Below are positions 40,058 to 54,540 of a stretch of DNA of 64,000 bases, piece after piece. A model generated the notes under the pieces. The model was given only the letters and a program-made list of their open reading frames with translations, made no database searches and was not told the DNA's origin. Origin of the DNA: Candidatus Latescibacterota bacterium (lineage in GTDB: Bacteria > Latescibacterota > UBA2968 > UBA8231). The DNA lies in assembly GCA_964291625.2 (NCBI GenBank), contig OZ220089.1, positions 704,001 through 768,000 of the forward strand, read 5' to 3'. The translations under genes were made by a program, and so were the position numbers. Numbering within the stretch: position 1 is the first letter of the stretch; every line of letters begins with the position of its first letter.

Positions 40058-41463
40058 CCAGTCTGGCACTCTCGATACTCCTCGAACGCTTGCTATGGCC
40101 GGTTCCCCGGGTTCGGTGGGAAGTGGGCAGGAGTTTGGCCCGGCTCATTCGTGAGGGGAATGGACAGGCCAAAAGTGGCCTTCTCAGCTGGATTGCCGGC
40201 CGCAAGTTGGAGAGCGAGGCCGTGCTCGGCCTCGGCATTATCGATGCTTTTGATCTGGGTTCACACTTCCAGTTCGAGAGCGTAAGGGATGCCGTTCAAG
40301 TCCCTTCGCTTCTCTCGGATAGCCTCCTAAGAAGGAACTTCAGCAATGCAGTAGGACTGTCTCCATTTCGGTACTCAGTTTCGCCTGCCGTAGCTGCCAC
40401 GCTTCCAGACAACCAGGAGGCTTGGTTCGATCGTTACCGCACTCGGGCCGTGGCCCCAATGTTTTCGACTGAACTGCGAAAGCTCGAAGAGACCTGCGGG
40501 TTTGGTTTCATGGCGCGGTGGAAGCATGATTGGTGCTGGCTGCAAGCAAGCAATCCCCGTCCCTCGGCAGAATACCCGCGCTTCTTCTCAGGTCCTTATC
40601 CCCTGGGCCGCGCCGGTCAGTTTGATCAGGGTCAGCGCGAACTATACGTCTCCGCATTCCTTCGAACGCTAGCCTATGCCTCAATCACTGGGATCATACC
40701 CCGTGAGCTCGGGGAGCATTGCGCCAGGGTAGCCCTAACGATGAACCGGGGGCTGGCGGACCTGGAGCCGATTGAGAGGCCCGATTGGGCATGCAACCTT
40801 CTTCCTTTCGACTCCACGCGGACTAGCGTGCTTGCACACAGTCTGTGGACTAGCGCCAGTGCTGCTGCAGGGCCGGAAGAAGAACCCATTGCCCTCCGGG
40901 TGATCGACGGGGCCGACGAGGAGTTCGTCGAACTCGATTTGACCTTGGTCATCGGACCCACCGGCTTCACCTCCGGCCCTCCAGAGGCCCAGGTAGATGG
41001 GGAAGTCATCGAGGGTGAGCCTCCCAGTGGTGCGGAGGGAGTCGTGGGTCGCGCTGCAGCAATCAGCCCTCCTTTCATCGATGGTCCCCGGGCTGTCTCC
41101 TCCGTCATGCTCCTGGATTTTATGGGTCGGGTTCACGTCGATCTGGTATGTGCCATTAGGCTGGCTTCGCCGTACGTCTTCAGGACCGCGGCCAATGTGA
41201 GATGCGGCCCCTCGGAGATTCGTCTTGAAGCAGACGCTACTGCAACCTCTCGCTGGATTCACTGGTACGCAGACTGGCAACCTGCCAAGTTCGGCCAACT
41301 TGAATCCCCTATAGGGTCATTGTCAACGGTTCCGAGGGCCTGGTTGGAAGACCTACGGGCCCGTCCCGGTGCGGAAGTCGCGCGACTGGTACGTGCCCGC
41401 CATGGGACTAAGCAGGAGATCAGGGAGGATCGTGAAGTCCAGCCCCAATCTTGTTGGATTTGA
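40054..41463 (+). CDS. Hypothetical protein translationally coupled to the STAND NTPase
   Basis: GTGA overlap at 40054-57 (alternative GTG at 40045). Same lower-GC composition. HEAT-like N-terminus PRVRWEVGRSLARL. Confidence 0.7.
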   Translation: MTSLALSILLERLLWPVPRVRWEVGRSLARLIREGNGQAKSGLLSWIAGRKLESEAVLGLGIIDAFDLGSHFQFESVRDAVQVPSLLSDSLLRRNFSNAVGLSPFRYSVSPAVAATLPDNQEAWFDRYRTRAVAPMFSTELRKLEETCGFGFMARWKHDWCWLQASNPRPSAEYPRFFSGPYPLGRAGQFDQGQRELYVSAFLRTLAYASITGIIPRELGEHCARVALTMNRGLADLEPIERPDWACNLLPFDSTRTSVLAHSLWTSASAAAGPEEEPIALRVIDGADEEFVELDLTLVIGPTGFTSGPPEAQVDGEVIEGEPPSGAEGVVGRAAAISPPFIDGPRAVSSVMLLDFMGRVHVDLVCAIRLASPYVFRTAANVRCGPSEIRLEADATATSRWIHWYADWQPAKFGQLESPIGSLSTVPRAWLEDLRARPGAEVARLVRARHGTKQEIREDREVQPQSCWI

Positions 41464-41511
41464 TTTCGGAGTTGTCGAAGCCGCAATTGGATGCCCCAGG
41501 AGGAGGCCGCA

Positions 41512-42615
41512 GTGTCCGTCACCAAGCCTGACCCGAGCCCCACCCGCCCGCGGGCGGCAGCCGCCGTGATCTGGCGGTCCGTGCAGGTGGCGGTCGCCGT
41601 CGCCGTCATCGTCGTGCCCTTCGCCTACGCGGTGACCGGCGTGCACCGCGAGGTCCTGATCGCGGCGAGTTGTGGTTTCGCCATCGGCGTCGGCCTCAGT
41701 CTGCGCATGGGCGAACGAGGCGGGAGATCGACGGGCATCCTGATCGGCTCGGCTGTCGGCATCCTCACCGCACTCGCGATGGGTGTCTCGACGGACATGT
41801 CGGGAGCCTTCGCCATTGCCGCGCCGGTTCTGGTGCCTCTGGCCCTCGGCCTGATCGACGGACTCGGGCCATCGCGCCTCTCAGGGTACCGTGAGACAAG
41901 CGTCTTGGCCTTGATGCTGACCGCCTTGCTCGGGTTCGGATTCCTGCCCGTGTTCGGGTTCTCGGTTCTCGCCCTCCTGCTCTTCGTGCCGCAGAACGCG
42001 GTTATCGCCGGCTACTTCAACCGCAATCCGGAAGGCCGGCTTCACTCCCGTCCGCCCCTGTGGCTGCTCCTCGTCCTCCTCGCCACCGTGGTCATAGCCT
42101 TCACGATCGGAGTGCGGCAGTCCGGGTGGCTGCAGGCTCTCCTCCAGGTTTCCCTGGTGTTCATCATACCTGCCGCCGTCTTCCTGGCCGCACGGGCATG
42201 TGCGACCTGGATGAAGCCGCGCCTCGACGTCTACGCGCAGCTCGTCGAGTATTTCCGCGTCATGTGGATCCCCATCGGCGGGTTCTCGGCCGGGTACCTG
42301 GCGATCATCGTCGTCTTCGCGGGATTCAGCGGCATGCTGGAGCGCTTCAGCCCCGGCTCCTTCGCCGGCGCCGCGGACGCCGGCATCGGTGACTGGCTGT
42401 CGTTCTCGTTCTACTCGGCCCTGGCCCAGGACTACACCGGCATCACCCCGGCCTCGTTGGCGGCGCGGACCCTCGTGGGCGCCAGGCTGCTCCTGTCGGT
42501 CGCCTGGGCGCTGGTCGTCTTCGCCGCGATCATGTCCGCCATCCAGCCCCAGCTCGAGCGAATCGCCCGGCGCAACACACAGCCGGCGCCCGGTGACGAG
42601 CAGCCAGGATCCTGA
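41512..42615 (+). CDS. Multi-pass membrane protein with C-terminal ion-channel (Ion_trans_2-like) segment
   Basis: GTG after AGGAGGAGG. Gly-rich TM helices; TM-PGSFAG…DWLSFSFYSALAQDYTGITPAS..AR-TM. Confidence 0.65.
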   Translation: MSVTKPDPSPTRPRAAAAVIWRSVQVAVAVAVIVVPFAYAVTGVHREVLIAASCGFAIGVGLSLRMGERGGRSTGILIGSAVGILTALAMGVSTDMSGAFAIAAPVLVPLALGLIDGLGPSRLSGYRETSVLALMLTALLGFGFLPVFGFSVLALLLFVPQNAVIAGYFNRNPEGRLHSRPPLWLLLVLLATVVIAFTIGVRQSGWLQALLQVSLVFIIPAAVFLAARACATWMKPRLDVYAQLVEYFRVMWIPIGGFSAGYLAIIVVFAGFSGMLERFSPGSFAGAADAGIGDWLSFSFYSALAQDYTGITPASLAARTLVGARLLLSVAWALVVFAAIMSAIQPQLERIARRNTQPAPGDEQPGS

Positions 42616-43451
42616 TGCGCACCTACCTCGACCAGCTGCAGCAGATCCTCGACCACGGCGTGGAGAAGCGGGACCGCACCGGCGTGGGGACCCTCTCCCT
42701 CTTCGGCATGCAGGCGCGCTACGCCATGGACGACGGCTTCCCCGCGGTCACCACCAAGAGGCTGGTGTGGAAGTCGATGCTCTCGGAGCTGCTGTGGTTC
42801 GTCTCGGGGTCGGACAACATCAACGACCTCAAGGCGATCTACCCGCACAACAAGCTCTGGGACGCCAACTACGAGGACTACCTCTCGCGCCTCGGCGTGG
42901 ACGAGAACGACGGCGCCATGGGGCGCATCTACGGGGTGCAGTGGCGCCGCTGGCGCGGGGCGGAGGGCACCGTCGACCAGCTGCAGGAGGCCGTCGACCT
43001 GCTGCGCGCGAACCCCGGCTCGCGGCGGATCATGGTCGACGCCTGGAACGCCGCCGAGACCGGTCCCGCCGACGTGGCCCTGCCGCCGTGCCACAATTTC
43101 TTCCAGCTCTACACCGCCGGCGACCGGCTCTCGCTGCAGATGTACCAGCGCTCCTGCGACATGTTCCTCGGCGTGCCCCTCAACATCGCCTCGTACTCGC
43201 TGCTGCTGCACATGCTCGCCCGAATCACCGGCTTCGTGGCCCACGAGTTCATCCACACTCTCGGCGACTGCCACATCTACCTGAACCACGTCGACGCCGT
43301 GCGCGAGCAGCTCGGCCGCGATCCCCTGCCGCTGCCGCGTCTGCGAATCCGCGACCGCGGCCAGCGCGAGATCGACGACTTCGTCTTCGACGACTTCGAG
43401 CTGGAAGACTACCGCAGCCACCCCGCCATCCGCGCCGACATGGCGGTCTGA
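42615..43451 (+). CDS. thyA: Thymidylate synthase
   Basis: DRTGVGT, TTK, ELLWF, YGVQWR, ALPPCH, YQRSCDMFLGVPLN, HIYLNH. Confidence 0.97.
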   Translation: MRTYLDQLQQILDHGVEKRDRTGVGTLSLFGMQARYAMDDGFPAVTTKRLVWKSMLSELLWFVSGSDNINDLKAIYPHNKLWDANYEDYLSRLGVDENDGAMGRIYGVQWRRWRGAEGTVDQLQEAVDLLRANPGSRRIMVDAWNAAETGPADVALPPCHNFFQLYTAGDRLSLQMYQRSCDMFLGVPLNIASYSLLLHMLARITGFVAHEFIHTLGDCHIYLNHVDAVREQLGRDPLPLPRLRIRDRGQREIDDFVFDDFELEDYRSHPAIRADMAV

Positions 43452-43464
43452 CGGGCCCTCCGGG

Positions 43465-44165
43465 TCAGACGAAGCGCTCCCGGCGCTGCAGGCGCAGCAG
43501 GCCGCCGAGGACGGCGAGGACCGACCCGGCGAGCAGGTAGGCGCGGTTGTGGAAGGTGTTGCCCGAGCGCACCAGGCCCTCGACCTCGTCGAGGAGGTCG
43601 AAGGGGTTGTAGAACACGTTCCAGCGGCTGCCCTCCAGGGGCTGGGCGGTGATCCAGAGTGCCAGGACCAGGAGCACGAGGACGGCCGCGGCGCCGTTGC
43701 CGCTGCGCGTGAAGGTGGCCGCCAGGAATCCGGCGCCGGCGAGGAAGGCCACGGGGAACATGAGGTGGAAGACCATCTCGTGGACGGCGAAGTCGGCGAG
43801 GGCGAACCGGCAGAACAGGGCCAGCCCGGACAGGACCGCCGCCGCCGCCATGAGCAGCACGGCGTGCCGGGCCAACCACACCTTGTAGCGGTAGTCGGGG
43901 ATCCCGAAGAGGGTCTCCACCATGCCGGCGTCGACCTCGCTCTGCAGGGCGTACGCCGAGGGGTAGATGACCAGCACCACGCCGGGCACCAGCAGGAAGT
44001 AGTAGACGACGTCCGGCCCCGGCGGCACCTTCTCCTCGGCCGTGTGGATCACGGCGATGAGCAGGAAGAGGGCCACGGCCATCAGCAGGAACCAGGCGAA
44101 GCGGCCGGCGAAGACCTGCCGGGCGCTGTAGCGCAGGAAGGCGGGGGCGCTGCCCAGGGGCGGCG

Positions 44166-44169
<4 letters not shown>
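43465..44169 (-). CDS. ABC-2 type permease-like membrane protein
   Basis: About 6 TM segments; SEVDAGMVETLFGIP resembles the ABC-2 ExxxGxxE.LxxxP loop. GTGA overlap with the upstream gene. Confidence 0.7.
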
Positions 44170-48838
<4,669 letters not shown>

Positions 48839-48842
<4 letters not shown>

Positions 48843-51800
48843 GGCGTCGGGGCCGGCCCCGGCCGGAGCCGGTCGATGCGGGCGAAGAGGTGGTAGACGC
48901 AGGGGACCACCACCAGGGTGAGGGCCGTGCAGCTGAAGAGCCCGCCGATGACGGCCACCGCCATCGGCGCCCGCAGCACGGCGCCCTCGCCGGCGCCGGC
49001 GGCCAGGGGCAGCAGGGCGAGCATGGTGGTCAGGCTGGTCATCAGGATCGGCCGGATGCGGGTCCGTCCGGCGTTGACGATCGCCTGCTCCAGCTCCTGG
49101 CCGGCCCGGCGGTTGCGGTTGATGCGGTCCACCAGCACGATCGAGTCGTTGACGGCGATCCCGGCCAGCAGGATGACGCCGATGAAGGACATGACGTTGA
49201 GGGGCATGCCCAGGGCCAGGAGCAGGGCCACGGCGCCGACCCCGGCCAGGGGGATGGTCAGCAGGATGACGAAGGGGTGCACCAGCGACTCGAACTGGGC
49301 GGCCATCACCATGTAGACGAGGACCACGGCCAGCAGCAGGGCGAAGCCCAGGTTGCGGAACGAGTCCCGGCGCAGCTTCTCCTCGCCGGTGAGGACGAAG
49401 CCGTATTCCGGCGGCCGGTCCACCTGCCCGAGGGCCTCCTCGACGCGGCCGGCGATCCGGTCGAAGGGTTCGTCACCCTCCAGGCGGGCGCTCACCGTGA
49501 CCACCCGGTGCTGGTTGCGGCGCAGGATCTCCCGGGGCGTGGCTGCGGCGCGCAGGCCGGCGACCTCGTCGAGGCGCACCCGCCGCCCCCCGGGGGCCTC
49601 CAGCAGCAGGCGGCCCAGCTCGGCCAGGGTCACCTCGGGCCGGCGGATGACGATGTCGGCGGCCTCCCCCCCCTGCCGCAGGCGGCCGGCCTCCCGCCCC
49701 GAGAGCAGGCTCTCCAGCTGCGAGCCGATGGCGTCGATGCTCAGTCCGAAGCCGGCCGCCGCGGCGCGGTCGACGACGATCTCGATCTCCGGGCGGCCCG
49801 GCCCCAGGCTCGACTCGACGCCGGTGAGCCCCTCGACGGCGGCCAGCCGCTCCTCCACCTGCCCCGCCAGGCCGGCCAGCGCGCCGAGGTCCGGGCCGTG
49901 GATCTCCACCACCACCGGCGCCTCCGAGCGCCCGAGGCTGGTCTCCAGGGCCGTCTCCCGCAGCAGGTAGCGGACCTGCCCGTCGGGGCCGGCCGGGGCC
50001 TCGCCCAGGGCCTGGGCCAGCGCCGCCGGCGAGACCGGGCTCCCCGGCCGCAGTTGCACGCGGATCGCGGCCTGGTTTTTGCCGGCCAGAAGCTCCCCGG
50101 ACCCGCCGGACCCCGCCCCCCGGCCGACGGTGGAGTAGACGCTCCTGAGCTCCGGACCGAGGGACCGCGAGATCGACCCCTCCAGGTTGCGCACCGCCCC
50201 CTCCGTGCGCTCGAGGCTGGTGCCCTCGGGCAGGGTCAGGTGCAGGGAGAGCTGCCCGGGGTCGAGGTGGGGCATGAACTCGCTGCCCAGGCGCGACAGC
50301 ACGGCGGCGGTGCCCGCCACCAGGGCCGCGGCCACCAGCACCACCGGCACCCGCCGGCGCAGGGCGGCCCCGAGCAGGGCGCCGTAGCGCGGGAAGGGAA
50401 CCCTGCCGGCCGGCGGCGGTCCGCCGCGCCCGAGGAGGCGGGAGCACAGCATGGGAATGACCAGGAGGGCGACGAACAGGGAGGAGACCAGCGAGAAGGC
50501 CACGGTCCAGGCCTGCTCCCGGAACAGCTCCCCGGCCGCCCCCTGGAGGTAGACGATGGGCAGGAAGACGACGATCGTGGTCAGGGTGGCGCTGCTGATG
50601 GCGCCCCCCACCTCGCCGGCGCCGAGGACCGCCGCCCGCGCCGGGGACTCGCCGCGCTCCAGGTGGCGGAAGACGTTCTCCACCACCACGATGGCGTTGT
50701 CCACGAGCATGCCGGCGCCGAGGGCCAGACCGCCGAGGGTCATGAGGTTCAGGGTCAGCTCGCCGAAGTACATCAGGTTGAAGGTGGCCACCACCGAGAT
50801 CGGGATCGCCAGGCTGATGACCGCCGTCACCCCGGCCCGGCGCAGGAAGACGAAGAGCACGGCCACCGCCAGCAGCACCCCGACCAGGCCGGTCTCCTCC
50901 ACCTCGGAGACGGCGGCGGCGATGAACCGCGACTGGTCCTGGACGACCTCGATCTCGTACCCCGGCAGGCTGCGGCGCAGCTGGTCCAGCTGCTCGCGCA
51001 CGGCGCGGGCGGCGTCGATGGTGTTGTGGCCGGCCTCGCGGTAGATCTCCAGGCCGAGGCAGCGGCGGCCGTCGAGGCGGACGATGCTGCGGGGCTCGCT
51101 CAGGACCTGGCGCACCTCGGCCAGGTCGCGCAGGAAGACGGGCTTGGCCTCGGGCGCCGAAGCCCCGGCGGGGCCGGACCCCTCCGCCGCGCCCGGGGCC
51201 TCCCCCTCCGGCGGTCCCGCCGCTTCGCCGGAGACCTGGGCGACCACCAGGCCTTCGAGGTCGGCGACCGACGAGAACTCCCCGACCCCCTTGATCAGGT
51301 AGCGGCGCCCCATCTCGACGATGGAGCCGCCCGACATGTTGCGGTTGGCGTTGGCGATCGCCGAGGCCAGCTGGTCGAGGGTGAGGCCGTACGCCTCGAG
51401 GGTGTAGGCGTCGGTGCGGACCTCCACCTCGCGGCGGCGGGCGCCGACGACCTCGACGGCGGCGACCCCGGGCAGGCGCACCAGCTCGCTGCGCACGATG
51501 CTCTCGGCGGTGCGCCGCAAGGCGTCGAGGTCGTCCACCTCCGGGTGGCGGAAGGCGGCGACCACCACCGGCCGGCCGTTGGGGTCGTGCCGGCTCACCG
51601 AGACTTCCTCCACGCCGGGGCGCCGGGCGAACTCGGCCATCGCCTTCTGCAGATCGAGAAAGGCCTGGTCCATGTCGACGTCCCAGCCGTACTCGACGGT
51701 GATGCGGGCGCCGCCGGTGCGCGACACCGAGGCGACGTCGAGGACTCCCCGGGTGAGGGAGGCCGCCCCCTCGAGGGGGGCCGCGAAGCGGCGCTCCACC

Positions 51801-51976
51801 TCGGACGGCGGCAGGTCCCCGGCCTCGACCTCGACGAACAGCCTCGGGTTGGCCAGGTCGGGCAGCAGGTCGACGCCCAGGCGCCGGAAGGAGAGCCCCC
51901 CCAGCAGCAGCACCGCGAGGACGAGCATGAGCACCGTCGCCGGGCGGGAGACCGAGAACCGCGCCAGGGACTCCAT
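48839..51976 (-). CDS. RND (AcrB-family) permease
   Basis: GMLVDNAIVVVEN, TTIVVFLP, QFESLVHP, RIRPILMT, PMAVAVIGGL. Confidence 0.95.
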
Positions 51977-53043
51977 CAGTTGGTGGTCTTCACCCGCGAG
52001 TGGTTGCGCAGGGTCTCGAAGCCCTCCACCACGAGGCGCTCGCCGTCCATGAGCCCGCTCAGCACCTCGACCTCGCGGCGGTTGCCGAGACCGGTCTCCA
52101 CGCTGCGGCGCACGGCGATCCCCTTCTCGACGACGAAGACGACCTTCTCGTGGCCGCGGTCGATGATCACCTCCCGGGGGATGACCAGGGCCGAGTCCCG
52201 GGCGTCGGCCACCAGCTCGATCTTGACGAACATCCCCGGCCGCAGGCGGCGCTCGGGGTTGTCGATGGCCAGGGCCGCCTTGAAGGTGCGGCTGTCGGCG
52301 TCGAGCACGGGCGAGACCTGGGTCACCCGGCCGTCCAGGGTGTCGCCGGCGGCGCCGTAGTGGGTCACCAGGGCCCGCTGGCCCGGGGCGACGCGGCCCA
52401 TCTCCTTGCCCGGCAGCGAGGTCTCGGCGTAGAGCTCGGCGTACTCCATGACCTGGCCGATCCGGTCCCCGGCCCGCAGCCGCCGGCCGGGGCTGTAGTG
52501 CTCCAGGTCGACCAGGGTCCCGGCGAAGGGGGCGCGCACCTCGAGCCTGGCCAGCTGCAGGCGGGCGCTCTCCAGGGCGTAGCGCGCGTCGATCGCCTGC
52601 CGCTCGGCGTCGGTGAGCTCGCGCAGGGTGATGCCGCCGTGGGCGAAGAGGCCCTTCTGCTTGTCGTGCTCGCGCTGCGCCGAGGCCTGCTGCAGGACCT
52701 TCGACTCGAGGCTCACCTGGTTCTCGAACTCGGCGTTCTCCAGGCGCGCGATCAGGTCCCCCGCCTCGACCCGGTCGCCCATGGCCCAGGCGGCCCCGGT
52801 GCGCGGGTTGGTCTGCAGCCGGTAGCGGCCGGACTCCTCGCAGGCCAGCAGGCCCTCCCGCGCCGCCTCCACGGTGGCGGTGGAAGCGACGTACTCGGCG
52901 ATCGGCCCCCGGGTCACCGGCTGCACCCGCACCGGGATCGCCGACTCGACGTCGATGTTCGGTCCCTCCTCGTCGCAGCCGGCGGCGAGGAATCCGGCCC
53001 AGGCGGCGAACCCCGCGAGCCGGAGGATCGGATGTCGCAGCAT
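51976..53043 (-). CDS. RND periplasmic adaptor (membrane fusion protein), lipoprotein
   Basis: LAAGC lipobox, VRAPFAG, LRPGMF, VEVLSGL..GE.LV. Confidence 0.92.
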   Translation of the reverse strand: MLRHPILRLAGFAAWAGFLAAGCDEEGPNIDVESAIPVRVQPVTRGPIAEYVASTATVEAAREGLLACEESGRYRLQTNPRTGAAWAMGDRVEAGDLIARLENAEFENQVSLESKVLQQASAQREHDKQKGLFAHGGITLRELTDAERQAIDARYALESARLQLARLEVRAPFAGTLVDLEHYSPGRRLRAGDRIGQVMEYAELYAETSLPGKEMGRVAPGQRALVTHYGAAGDTLDGRVTQVSPVLDADSRTFKAALAIDNPERRLRPGMFVKIELVADARDSALVIPREVIIDRGHEKVVFVVEKGIAVRRSVETGLGNRREVEVLSGLMDGERLVVEGFETLRNHSRVKTTN

Positions 53044-53051
53044 GTCGCCTC

Positions 53052-54509
53052 CTACCGTGATTCGAGGTTGATGACGGGCTCGCCGGCGGCGAAGTCCCAC
53101 AGGGTGCGCACCTTCAGGTCGAGCAGCGCCAGCTGGTAGTCGATCAGGGCCCGCACCTCCTTGAGCTGCTCCCGCGACAGCTGGTTCTGGTAGAAGGCGA
53201 TGTCCTTCGACGGCAGGTCGCCGTTGCGGTAGCGCTCCAGGTTGAGGCGGTAGGTCTGGCGGGCGCTCTCGACGCTCTTCTCGGCGATCTCGATCTGCGC
53301 CGCCTGGTTGCCCAGGGCGCGGCAGGCCTGGCGGATCTCCTTGAGGATGCGCCGCTCCTCCTCGGCCGCCGACAGCCTGCGGGCCTCCACCCGCTCCCGG
53401 GCCGCGGCCACGCGGTGCTCCCTCTCGCCCCAGTCGAAGATCGGCACCTCGAAGCGGATGCCGACCTCCTGGTTGCGCGTCGGCGAGTCGTAGACGCCGG
53501 CCAGGGCCGGGTCGGTGCCGGTGAGGCCGTAGGAGAGGTCCAGGGAGCCCTTGAACTCGTTCTGTTCCCCGGCGCGGGTGAGGTCGTCGAGGGCGTTCTG
53601 CACCTCGATCTCGCGCTGGCGGATCTCCACGCGGTTGGCCAGCCCGTGGCGCTCGGCCCGCTTCGCATCGACCTCGACGAGGCGCTTGCGCACGTCGGCC
53701 TCCACCTGAAGCTCGATCTCCAGGGGCATGCCCAGGAGGATCTTGAACTCGTCGAGGCCCTCCTCGTTCTGAAGGCGGGCGTTCTCGACGGCGGCGCGGC
53801 TGTTGGCCCGGGTCAGGCCCGCCTGCAGCAGCTCCTCGCGGGCGGTGATGCCGGCCTCGACCTTGGCGCGGACGATCTCCAGGCTCTCCTCGGCGTTGCT
53901 CAGCTCCTCCACGGCGATCGCCAGGTTGCGCTGCTGGTAATAGAGGTCGAGGAACCGGCGCGTCACCTGGCTCTCGATCTGCAGCTCCTGCATGACGAAC
54001 TGGAGATTGGAGTTCTCCAGGCCCAGCTCCAGGCGCCTCAGCTCCAGGCGGGTCCGGTTGTGGGTGAACAGGGGCTGGTTGTAGCGCAGGAACAGGGCGT
54101 TGCTGTACGAGCGCCGCGAGCCGGCGCCGGCGAAGGAGCTGGAGGCGTCGCGCCAGTCGAACGCCTGCACCAGGCTCAGGGTGCCGTCGGTGGGCTCGAT
54201 CGTCTGCCGGATGCTGAAGCGCGCCCCGGCGTGGCTCTGCTCCTGGGTATTGTAGGCGGAGACCAGCGGGTTGAAGGTCCGGTCGCGGGTGTGCTCGAAG
54301 GGCGTCACCGTGAGGCCGAACCGCGACCTGAGGGCCGCCCGCTGCGCCTCCAGCTCGCGGCGGCTGATCTCGAGGGAGCGGCGCGCCTCGGCCAGGGTCG
54401 GACTGCGGTCGCCGGCGATGCGCAGCGCGTCCTCGAGCTGCAGGATCTCGGCCGGCACGGGAGCCGCGGCCCAGAGGACCAGCGGCAGCAGGAATCTTCC
54501 CCCCTTCAA
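53052..54509 (-). CDS. TolC family outer membrane efflux protein
   Basis: Signal peptide, YNQPLF, FEVPIFDWG, ERYRNG repeats. Confidence 0.9.
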   Translation of the reverse strand: MKGGRFLLPLVLWAAAPVPAEILQLEDALRIAGDRSPTLAEARRSLEISRRELEAQRAALRSRFGLTVTPFEHTRDRTFNPLVSAYNTQEQSHAGARFSIRQTIEPTDGTLSLVQAFDWRDASSSFAGAGSRRSYSNALFLRYNQPLFTHNRTRLELRRLELGLENSNLQFVMQELQIESQVTRRFLDLYYQQRNLAIAVEELSNAEESLEIVRAKVEAGITAREELLQAGLTRANSRAAVENARLQNEEGLDEFKILLGMPLEIELQVEADVRKRLVEVDAKRAERHGLANRVEIRQREIEVQNALDDLTRAGEQNEFKGSLDLSYGLTGTDPALAGVYDSPTRNQEVGIRFEVPIFDWGEREHRVAAARERVEARRLSAAEEERRILKEIRQACRALGNQAAQIEIAEKSVESARQTYRLNLERYRNGDLPSKDIAFYQNQLSREQLKEVRALIDYQLALLDLKVRTLWDFAAGEPVINLESR

Positions 54510-54540
54510 ATCGGCTCTCCTTCCGTTGCGCGGCGGCGGG

